A stretch of DNA of 64,000 nucleotides, from positions 516 to 64,515 of the forward strand of contig JAWKVM010000006.1 in NCBI GenBank assembly GCA_041398025.1, in the 5' to 3' direction. Made by a program: the position numbers and the translations under genes. Each line of letters opens with the position of its first letter. The stretch's first letter is position 1. The notes under the pieces are model-generated. The model was not told where the DNA came from and ran no database searches. It saw only the letters and a list, made by a program, of their open reading frames with translations. Positions 54,018-61,748 of the stretch are shown piece by piece. Source of the stretch: Alphaproteobacteria bacterium. Its GTDB lineage: Bacteria; Pseudomonadota; Alphaproteobacteria; Geminicoccales; Geminicoccaceae.

Positions 54018-55022
54018 TCAGATAGTCCAGGTCGGGCCTGAACGCATGGCTGCGGCGAGGCGCTCGCGCACGCGCTCCGGGGCGGCCTCGATTGCCATCT
54101 GGCGCTGCATGAACGATCGATCGGGGGCTGCATAGAGGACGCCGGCCGGCAGCGGGAACGATGGCGGCGCGCAGCCGGCGAGCAGCCAGGCCTGGGTCCT
54201 GTTGGTCTCGTCATGGATCAGGATGTCGGCCTCGGTGACGCCGTTCCGGCCGATCTCGACCACCTCGAGCTCGAGCCGGGCGGGATCGAGCCTGAGGCCC
54301 CGCTCGCGATCGGCGCCGAAGACCATCGGCTGGCCGTGCTCGAGGATCAGCAGGGACTCCTTGGCGCTGGTCTTGTCCTCGACATTGGCGAACACGCCGT
54401 CGTTGAAGACCAGGCAGTTCTGCAGCACCTCGACGAAGCCGGTGCCGACGAAGTCACGCGCGCGGTTCAGCGTCGCCACCAGCAGCGGCATGCCGGTATC
54501 GACCGCGCGCGCGATGAACCGCCCGCCTGCGCCGAGCGCGAACTGGGCGGGATTGACCGGCATGTCCACCGTGCCGAACGGGCTCGAGGGCGTATGGGTG
54601 CCGAGCCGCGAGGTCGGGGAGGCCTGGCCCTTGGTGAGGCCGTAGATCTCGTTGTTCAGCAGCAGATAGGTGAGGTCGGCGTTGCGGCGCAGCAGATGCA
54701 GCAGATGGTTGCCGCCGATCGCCAGGGAATCGCCGTCGCCGGAGACCACCCAGACATCGAGCTCGGGCCGCGCGAGCTTGACGCCGGTGGCGACCGCCGC
54801 GGCACGGCCGTGGATGGTGTGGAAGCCGTAGGTCTCCATGTAGTAGGGAAAGCGGGAGGAGCAGCCGATGCCCGAGATGAAGACCGTGTCCTCGGGCCTG
54901 GCATCGGCATCCGCCAGCACCTTCTGGACGGCCTTGATGATCGAGTAGTTGCCGCAGCCGGGGCACCAGCGAACCTCCTGGGCGGAGGCGTAGTCCTTCG
55001 GTTTTCGCGCTTCGATGGTCAT
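54018..55022 (-). CDS. korB: 2-oxoacid:ferredoxin oxidoreductase beta subunit (KorB-like, TPP-binding)
   Basis: The sequence reads MTIEARKPKDYASAQEVRWCPGCGNYSI...SGIGCSSRFPYYM...VVSGDGDSLAIGGNH...NNEIYGLTKGQ. I set the start at ATG 55022, overlapping the korA stop. Confidence 0.9.
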   Translation of the reverse strand: MTIEARKPKDYASAQEVRWCPGCGNYSIIKAVQKVLADADARPEDTVFISGIGCSSRFPYYMETYGFHTIHGRAAAVATGVKLARPELDVWVVSGDGDSLAIGGNHLLHLLRRNADLTYLLLNNEIYGLTKGQASPTSRLGTHTPSSPFGTVDMPVNPAQFALGAGGRFIARAVDTGMPLLVATLNRARDFVGTGFVEVLQNCLVFNDGVFANVEDKTSAKESLLILEHGQPMVFGADRERGLRLDPARLELEVVEIGRNGVTEADILIHDETNRTQAWLLAGCAPPSFPLPAGVLYAAPDRSFMQRQMAIEAAPERVRERLAAAMRSGPTWTI

Positions 55023-56923
55023 CGGTTCGATCCCCTTGGGGCAGCACCCGACAGGCGGTCGCGCACGGCGGCTTCGATCTCGGCGACCTTGAACAGCTGG
55101 CCGGTCACCTTGCTCAGGCTGTCGATGGGGCGAAGGCATTCGGCGCGCAGCAGCCAGGCGAGCTGTCCGGTGTTCATTTCCGGCACCAGGATGTGCTCGA
55201 ACCCCTGCAGCAGCGCCTCGAGATTCTTCGGAAGCGGCCAGAGCTGCTCCAGGTGAATATGCGCGACCTCGGTGCCGCCGGCCTGAAGGCTGGCGACGGC
55301 ATCGGCAATCGGGCCAAAGGTCGAACCCCAGCCGACGACCGCGATCCGTCCCTCTGAGGGGCCTGAGGTGACGGCCTGCTCGGGGAGCTGATCGGCAAGG
55401 CCCATGATCTTCCGCCGGCGCAGCTCGGTCATGCGCTGGTGATTGTCCGGGTCGTAGGAGACCTCGCCGGTCACGTCCTTGCGTTCGAGGCCGCCAAGGC
55501 GATGGGTGCCGCCCGGCGTGCCCGGCGGCACCCAGGGCCGGCCGAGGGTTTCCGGATCGCGGGCAAAGGGCGAAAAGCCGTCCGAGCCTGGCAGCGGCGC
55601 CGACGGCGGGGCGGGGGAGGGCGGGTCCGGAATGCGCCAGGGCTCCGAGGCATTGGCGAGATAGCCGTCGGACAGCAGGATCACGGGTGTCATGTGGCTG
55701 ATCGCGATGCGCACCGCCTGGCGCGCCAGGGCGTAGCCGGAAGACGGCGTCGAGACCGCGAGCACCGGGATCGGCGCATCGCCGTTTCGCCCCATCACCG
55801 CCTGCCAGAGGTCGGACTGCTCGGCTTTGGTCGGCAGGCCGGTCGAGGGACCGCCGCGCTGCACGTTGATCACCACCAGCGGCAGCTCGGCCGCGACCGC
55901 GAGCCCGAGGGCTTCGGTCTTCAGCGCCATGCCCGGTCCTGACGTGCCGGTGATGCCGACCGTGCCGGCATAGGACGCGCCGATCGCCGCACAGACGGCG
56001 GCAAGCTCGTCCTCGGCCTGGAAGGTCCGGATGCCGGCCTCGGCGCCGAGCTTGGAGAGCACGTGCAGCATGTTGGAGGCGGGGGTGATCGGATAGGAGC
56101 AGTAGACGGGCCGGCGGCCCTGCTCGAGACAGCCGGCGACCAGCCCGAACACCAGCGACTCGGTGCCGGTGACGCTGCGGTAGAGGCCGGGCTCCGCCTC
56201 GGCGGCGGGCACGCGCACCGGCTCCAGCCCCTGCGGCAGGAGGGCGGTGGCACCGAAATGGTAGCCCTCCTCCAGGGCAGCGCGGTTGATGCGCGCGGTC
56301 TCCGGCGAGGTCGCGAACTTGCGGTCGATCCAGTCGAGCGTCGCCTTCGGATCGCGGCCGAAGAACCAGAGCACCAGCCCGAGCGCCCAGAGGTTCTTGG
56401 CGCGCGAGGCGTCCTTGCGCGAGGAGGTCGAGACATCGGGGAGGGCCGCGACGACCTCTCGGACCATTTTCGAGATGTCGAGACAAAAACGCTGATAGGC
56501 CTCGAGACTGCCGTCCTCATGGGGGTTGGTCTCATAGCCGGCCTTCTGCAGCGTGCGTTCCGTGAAGCTGCCGCAGTCGGTGATGATCAGCCCGCCGATC
56601 TTGACGTCGGCGAGATTGGCCTTCAGCGCCGCCGGATTGAAGGCGATCAGAACATCGAGCTTGTCGCCCGGGGTATGCACCGGGCCGGATGCGACCTGCA
56701 CCTGATAGGAGGAAACCCCGGCCAGGGTGCCGGCGGGTGCGCGGATCTCGGACGGGAAGTCGGGGAAGGTCGACAGGGCATTCCCGGCTAGCGCTGATTC
56801 GATCGAGAACTGCGTGCCGGCTGCCTGAATACCGTCGCCCGAATCGCCGGCGAAGCGGATCACGACATGATCGACCTCACGCGCGTGGGTCGATGGTTCG
56901 GTCTGGTCGAGCGGTGCATTCAT
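55019..56923 (-). CDS. korA: 2-oxoacid:ferredoxin oxidoreductase alpha subunit (KorA-like, fused gamma/alpha domains)
   Basis: The 634-aa ORF has IRFAGDSGDGIQAAGTQF in the gamma domain and CSYPITPAS...GTSGPGMALKTE in the alpha domain. Confidence 0.9.
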   Translation of the reverse strand: MNAPLDQTEPSTHAREVDHVVIRFAGDSGDGIQAAGTQFSIESALAGNALSTFPDFPSEIRAPAGTLAGVSSYQVQVASGPVHTPGDKLDVLIAFNPAALKANLADVKIGGLIITDCGSFTERTLQKAGYETNPHEDGSLEAYQRFCLDISKMVREVVAALPDVSTSSRKDASRAKNLWALGLVLWFFGRDPKATLDWIDRKFATSPETARINRAALEEGYHFGATALLPQGLEPVRVPAAEAEPGLYRSVTGTESLVFGLVAGCLEQGRRPVYCSYPITPASNMLHVLSKLGAEAGIRTFQAEDELAAVCAAIGASYAGTVGITGTSGPGMALKTEALGLAVAAELPLVVINVQRGGPSTGLPTKAEQSDLWQAVMGRNGDAPIPVLAVSTPSSGYALARQAVRIAISHMTPVILLSDGYLANASEPWRIPDPPSPAPPSAPLPGSDGFSPFARDPETLGRPWVPPGTPGGTHRLGGLERKDVTGEVSYDPDNHQRMTELRRRKIMGLADQLPEQAVTSGPSEGRIAVVGWGSTFGPIADAVASLQAGGTEVAHIHLEQLWPLPKNLEALLQGFEHILVPEMNTGQLAWLLRAECLRPIDSLSKVTGQLFKVAEIEAAVRDRLSGAAPRGSNR

Positions 56924-57168
56924 GGTCGGGCATACCGGTATGGGAAGGACATGTTACGCGTCATCCACTCTACCCATAGGCTAAAAATCTGCCGTTGTCC
57001 CATCGCTGTCTCATCCTGCTCTCCGCTCCAGCCTAGCCGGCAGATTGTCGTCGCACGGCCTTGTCCTCGACCATCGATAGCACAGGTCATGATAGCGGAC
57101 CCTTGCTATCGCCAAAGATGGCGAATTGCTGCAGGTTTCTCTGGCCCGACCGATAAAGGCGCGCCGTC

Positions 57169-57423
57169 ATGCCCAAGCTCGTCACCTACCTGGCCGGTCA
57201 CGCCGCCCTCGGCTTCGCCATCGCCATTGCGGCCGTCGGCCTGATGATGATCACCGATTTCGCACAGCTTCGAACGCTGATCATCGGCTCGGATATGATG
57301 GTGCTTTCCCTGTTTCTGCTCACCTTTTTCCTCGGCCTGACCTTGGCGAGCGTGCAGATGGGGATCGCCGTGATCCTCCTGCGCGACGACCGTCCCGGCC
57401 GCGGCGGCGGGCCCGGCTCGTGA
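57169..57423 (+). CDS. Small hypothetical membrane protein (84 aa, 2-3 TM)
   Basis: The ORF has hydrophobic segments (GHAALGFAIAIAAVGLMMI; MMVLSLFLLTFFLGLTLASVQMGIAVILL), which is unlike a GC-rich shadow ORF. I recognise no family. Confidence 0.4.
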   Translation: MPKLVTYLAGHAALGFAIAIAAVGLMMITDFAQLRTLIIGSDMMVLSLFLLTFFLGLTLASVQMGIAVILLRDDRPGRGGGPGS

Positions 57424-57475
57424 CATCAGTGGCCGACAGGTCGCGGTGGCGAGGCGTGGAGCTGCCGGGCTCGAC

Positions 57476-58432
57476 CTAGTGGTCGGCCTCCTGGCTTTCC
57501 GCGGGCGACGGCAGGAAGTACATGCGGGCGATGGTTCTGTGGATGTCCTGTAGACCGCGCTGCAGGCGGTCGATCAGGGCTTCGAGGGAACCGGGTTCGA
57601 GCGTCTCGACCTTGGTCTGCTCCAGCTCGTTGACCACGCCGCGCACGGCCAGGAGGCAAGGGTGGTTGTTGGTCAGCATGCCCAGGCTCTCCTCGACGGC
57701 ATTCAGGCAGTGCATGAAGGAACGCGGGGACTCGTCGTCGTTGAACAGGAACCATAGGACGTGCTGACGCTGCACCTGGGCGCCCATCTTGCGCCGATAC
57801 ATGTGGTAGGCGGAGAGCGCGCCGAGGACGATGCCCCATTGAAGGGCATGACCTGACGACATTTCAGGCATGTCGTCGGCATCGGCGACCGCCAGGCGCA
57901 TGTCGAGGAAGCGGGTGGTCATGTCCGCCCGCTCCAGATTGCGTCCGAGACGGACGAATTGGTAGGCGACGTCACGGGTCATCACCGAGCCGAGCAGCCC
58001 GATGCTCATCTGACAGGAACGAACGATGCGGCCCAGAAATTCGTGCCGGCCCTTCTTGGTCAGGCCGGACTCCAGGTTCTCGTCGACATAGAGCTGCACC
58101 TCGTTCAGATAGTGCCAGGCTTCGGGCGGCAGGATGTCGCGCACCGTCCGGCAGTTCTCGCGCGCCATGCGCAGGCAGCTCGAGACCGAGCTCGGGCTGT
58201 CGCGGTCGCCGAGAAGAAACTGGATCACAGAGCGTTCGCGATAATCCTTGTGGCGCTCCTCGAACAGGGTGTTGGCGCCGAGGGTGTCGATCAGCGGCTT
58301 CCACCCGGGATCGATGCCGCGCGGCAGGTCGAGCTGCAGATTGGCGTTGACGCTGACCACCCGGGCGATGTCCTCGGCGCGCTCGATATAGCGGCACATC
58401 CAGTAGACGTTCTCGGCGACGCGGGAGAGCAT
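57476..58432 (-). CDS. Alpha-E domain protein (DUF403)
   Basis: The N-terminus MLSRVAENVYWMCRYIERAEDIARVVSVNANL is the hallmark alpha-E start. The start at 58432 lies 1 nt after the ATP-grasp gene's stop codon (58434-58436). Confidence 0.85.
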   Translation of the reverse strand: MLSRVAENVYWMCRYIERAEDIARVVSVNANLQLDLPRGIDPGWKPLIDTLGANTLFEERHKDYRERSVIQFLLGDRDSPSSVSSCLRMARENCRTVRDILPPEAWHYLNEVQLYVDENLESGLTKKGRHEFLGRIVRSCQMSIGLLGSVMTRDVAYQFVRLGRNLERADMTTRFLDMRLAVADADDMPEMSSGHALQWGIVLGALSAYHMYRRKMGAQVQRQHVLWFLFNDDESPRSFMHCLNAVEESLGMLTNNHPCLLAVRGVVNELEQTKVETLEPGSLEALIDRLQRGLQDIHRTIARMYFLPSPAESQEADH

Positions 58433-58433
58433 C

Positions 58434-59936
58434 TCAAACCTCCCCGCCGTCGACGATTCCGCCGTCGGCGCTCCCACCATCGGCGATCCCCCAATCGACG
58501 ATCCAGGTGTCCTTGCTGCCGCCGCCCTGGGAGGAATTGACCACCAGCGAGCCCTTGCGCAAAGCGACGCGGGTCAGCCCGCCCATGGTCACATAGGTGC
58601 TGCGCCCGCTCAGAATGAACGGGCGGAGATCGACATGCCGGGGCTCGACGCCGTGACCGATCACCGTCGGCACGGTCGACAGGCGAAGGGTCGGCTGAGC
58701 GATGTAGTTGCGCGGGTCTTTTTTGATCAGCTCGGCGAAGCGCTCGCGTTCCGCCCTGCTCGCGGAGGCACCCATCAGCATGCCGTAGCCGCCCGACTCG
58801 TTCGCGGGCTTGACCACGAGCTTGTCGAGATTGGCGAGCACATACGCGCATTCCTCCTCGAACATGCAGCAATAGGTCGGGACATTGGGGATCAGCGGCT
58901 CTTCATCCAGATAGAAACGGATGAAGTCGGGCACGAAGGCGTAGACGACCTTGTCGTCGGCCACGCCGGCCCCCGGCGCATTGGCAAGCCCGACATTGCC
59001 CGCTTTCCAGGCACGGAGCAGCCCTGGCACGCCGAGCATGGATTCAGGCCGAAACGCCTCCGGGTCCATGAAGTCGTCGTCGATCCGGCGGTAGATGACG
59101 TCGACCCGCTGCGGACCGGAGACGGTGTGCATGTAGACGCAGTCGTCATCGTCGACGAACAGATCCCGCCCCTCGACCAGCTCGCAGCCCATCTCCTGGG
59201 CGAGATAGGCGTGCTCGAAATAGGCTGAGTTGAAGATGCCGGGCGTCAGCACCACGATCTCGGGGCGCTCGGTGCGTCTGGGCGAGAGATCGGCCAGCAT
59301 GGCGTTGAGCCTCGCCGTGTAGGCGTCGACCGGAAGCGGCGCGTAGCGTTCGAACAGTTCCGGAAAGACGTGCTTCGTGACCTGACGGTTCTCCAGCATG
59401 TAGGACACGCCGGAAGGCACCCGCAGATTGTCTTCGAGGACATAGATCGTGCCGTCGTGGTCGCGCACCAGGTCCGAGCCGCAGATATGCGCCCAGACAC
59501 CGAGCGGCGGCGACACGCCGACGCATTGCGGCCGGAAATTTTTCGACTTTGCCAGCACATGGGGCGGCAGGACGCCTTCGGCGATGATTCGCTGATCATG
59601 ATAGATGTCGTCGATGAACAGATTCAGGGCACGCGCGCGCTGGATCAGCCCCGCTTCGACCCGCCGCCATTCCTCGCGCGGGATGATGCGCGGCAGGATG
59701 TCGAACGGCCAGGCGCGGTCGATCATGCCCTGCTCGGCTTCGGTATAGACCGAAAACGTGATCCCCATCTGCCTGATCGCCAGTTCGGCCGAGGCCTGGC
59801 GGCCGGCGAGCTCCTTGTCGTCCAGCGTGCCGAGCAGCTCTTTCAGCCCGAAGGCGTGCGGCCGTGCCTGGTCGGATTTCACCAGCATTTCGTCGAAGAA
59901 ATCGTCCGCCGGGTAGCGATTGAAGTCGACTGGCAT
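58434..59936 (-). CDS. Circularly permuted ATP-grasp type 2 protein (DUF404/DUF407)
   Basis: The 500-aa ORF reads ...GITFSVY...WPFDILPRIIPREEW...VLEDNLRVPSGVSYMLENR...VVKPANESGGYGM... It pairs with an alpha-E gene, which is the conserved arrangement for this family. Confidence 0.9.
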   Translation of the reverse strand: MPVDFNRYPADDFFDEMLVKSDQARPHAFGLKELLGTLDDKELAGRQASAELAIRQMGITFSVYTEAEQGMIDRAWPFDILPRIIPREEWRRVEAGLIQRARALNLFIDDIYHDQRIIAEGVLPPHVLAKSKNFRPQCVGVSPPLGVWAHICGSDLVRDHDGTIYVLEDNLRVPSGVSYMLENRQVTKHVFPELFERYAPLPVDAYTARLNAMLADLSPRRTERPEIVVLTPGIFNSAYFEHAYLAQEMGCELVEGRDLFVDDDDCVYMHTVSGPQRVDVIYRRIDDDFMDPEAFRPESMLGVPGLLRAWKAGNVGLANAPGAGVADDKVVYAFVPDFIRFYLDEEPLIPNVPTYCCMFEEECAYVLANLDKLVVKPANESGGYGMLMGASASRAERERFAELIKKDPRNYIAQPTLRLSTVPTVIGHGVEPRHVDLRPFILSGRSTYVTMGGLTRVALRKGSLVVNSSQGGGSKDTWIVDWGIADGGSADGGIVDGGEV

Positions 59937-60185
59937 CGAGGCCCCCCGATAAGATCCGATGCCGAGGGATATGCAAGATGCAAGCCAGCACGGCCTGGTA
60001 GACCGTCCATTCCCGATGGGCGAGTCGTCGCATCAGGAGGCCGAGAGAGGCTATCGACCGGCGACCATGCTCATTGACTCAACCAACCGGTTCGTACAAA
60101 CGTCCGGAAGACATGGCGAAGGCTGCGGCGATGACGCGGCGGGCGGGTCTGGAGGTCGAAAGAACCTCCGCATCGGGGAGCGATC

Positions 60186-61091
60186 TTGACGGCAGGCGCC
60201 AGATATGAGTCGGACAGGAGCGACGGCGCCTCCCCCTTGCCGCCGTCCGTCCTCGTCGGGCTGATCGGCAAGGGCATTCAGAACTCCAGAACGCCGTTCA
60301 TGCATGAATGTGAGGGCGCCCGTCAGGGCCTCCGCTACGTCTACAAGCTTCTCGACACCGACATGATGGGCGGGACGCCGCCCGCGATCGAGGACATCCT
60401 CGCCTTCGCCCGTCGTTTCGGCTTTCGGGGCGTGAACGTCACCTATCCCTACAAGCAGGCGGCCATTCCGCATCTGGACGAGATGACCGCGGATGCGGCC
60501 GCGGTGGGGGCGGTCAACAGCGTGCGCTTCGAGGATGGCCGAGCGATCGGCCACAACACCGACATGCCCGCCTTCGCCGCGAGCTTTCGCCAGACCCTCG
60601 CCGGAGCGCCCCATGACACCGTGCTCCAGCTCGGCGCCGGCGGGGGCGGCGCTGCCGTCGCCGCGGCCCTGCTGTCGTCAGGCGTGTCGGCGCTCCTGAT
60701 TCACGATATCGATCCGGCGCGCGCGGACCAGCTGGCGGCGTCCCTTGCGGCAACGTTCGACAAAGCCCGCGTCTCGACCGTGCCCAGCGCAGCCGAGGCG
60801 TCGGCGCGGGCGGACGGCATCGTGAACGCGACCCCGGTCGGTATGGCCTCGCTGCCCGGAACGGCGATCGACATCGGGCTCGTCCGGCCGGACATGTGGG
60901 TTGCGGACATCGTCTATTTCCCGCTGGAGACCGAGCTTTTGCGCCTCGCGCGGGCCAAAGGCTGCCGTGTCATGAACGGCAGGGGCATGGCGGTGCATCA
61001 GGCCGCCCTCGCGTTCGACTACTTCACGGGTCTTTCCGCCGATGTCTCGGCGATGGGTCGCGATTTCGATGCGCTGTCCGGAGGATCGTGA
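60186..61091 (+). CDS. Shikimate/quinate dehydrogenase family protein (AroE/YdiB-like)
   Basis: Family blocks are present: VGLIGKGIQNSRTPFMHE, GVNVTYPYKQAA, AVGAVNSV, GHNTD, LGAGGGGAAVAAAL, NATPVGM. The start is uncertain (TTG 60186 or TTG 60237). Confidence 0.8.
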   Translation: MTAGARYESDRSDGASPLPPSVLVGLIGKGIQNSRTPFMHECEGARQGLRYVYKLLDTDMMGGTPPAIEDILAFARRFGFRGVNVTYPYKQAAIPHLDEMTADAAAVGAVNSVRFEDGRAIGHNTDMPAFAASFRQTLAGAPHDTVLQLGAGGGGAAVAAALLSSGVSALLIHDIDPARADQLAASLAATFDKARVSTVPSAAEASARADGIVNATPVGMASLPGTAIDIGLVRPDMWVADIVYFPLETELLRLARAKGCRVMNGRGMAVHQAALAFDYFTGLSADVSAMGRDFDALSGGS

Positions 61092-61329
61092 GGAGCGTTT
61101 TCCAGCCCAGGCAGAGCTTCCGGCATCATCGCTCCTCCCTGAACGGAGCCGTCGCCGCTCCGGGCGGATCCTGGGACTGCTGCCGTCGGCCCCAGCAACG
61201 AAGCCGCGCGCTCGATCCGCGGTCATCTGAAATCGATTGACATTGGCAATCGCGCATAACGCTCATCATTGAAAGCTTTACTTATGAAACCGGTTTTTCG
61301 ACAATAACAATTATCGAGCTTATTGGAGC

Positions 61330-61743
61330 TTGCTTGTGTTAAATACAGCGGCGGCCGTGGCCACGATTTTCAGTGCCGTCATCGCGTTCGTGGCCCTGCT
61401 GCACCAGATTTCCACGCCCGGGGGATCTTCGAGACGACGACGCGGCCTGCGTCTCAACAGGAACGAGGTCCTTCTGATCCTCTCCATCCTCCTGTTCTTT
61501 CTGCTCGGACTTGCGGTTCCCCAGGCTATTCTGCCGGTCTTTCTGTGTCTGATCATCGTCGTCTACAGAAACATTCCGCGGTCGATCTACCGCGCGCGCT
61601 ATACGCTGTCGGTGCTGGCCGTGACGCTGGCAGGTCTGGTCGGGGCCTATCTCAGCGCCTATCCCGTGGCCGCCGATGCCGGCCTTCCGATTTTCTACAG
61701 CCGCGCCTGGCGGGTTCTCGATATCTGGTATCTGCTCAATTAG
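61330..61743 (+). CDS. Hypothetical membrane protein (137 aa, 4 TM)
   Basis: The ORF has hydrophobic helices with a positively charged loop (SSRRRRGLRLNRN). Its GC is lower than the neighbours and its 5' flank is AT-rich. I recognise no family. Confidence 0.5.
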   Translation: MLVLNTAAAVATIFSAVIAFVALLHQISTPGGSSRRRRGLRLNRNEVLLILSILLFFLLGLAVPQAILPVFLCLIIVVYRNIPRSIYRARYTLSVLAVTLAGLVGAYLSAYPVAADAGLPIFYSRAWRVLDIWYLLN

Positions 61744-61748
61744 GCACC

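Noticed and set aside
54018-56486. An 822-aa minus-strand ORF that might suggest a large fused oxidoreductase.
   Set aside because: Only the C-terminal 334 aa (from MTIEARKPKDY at 55022) are KorB. The N-terminal part is an out-of-frame read-through over korA with Arg/Pro/Gly-rich composition.
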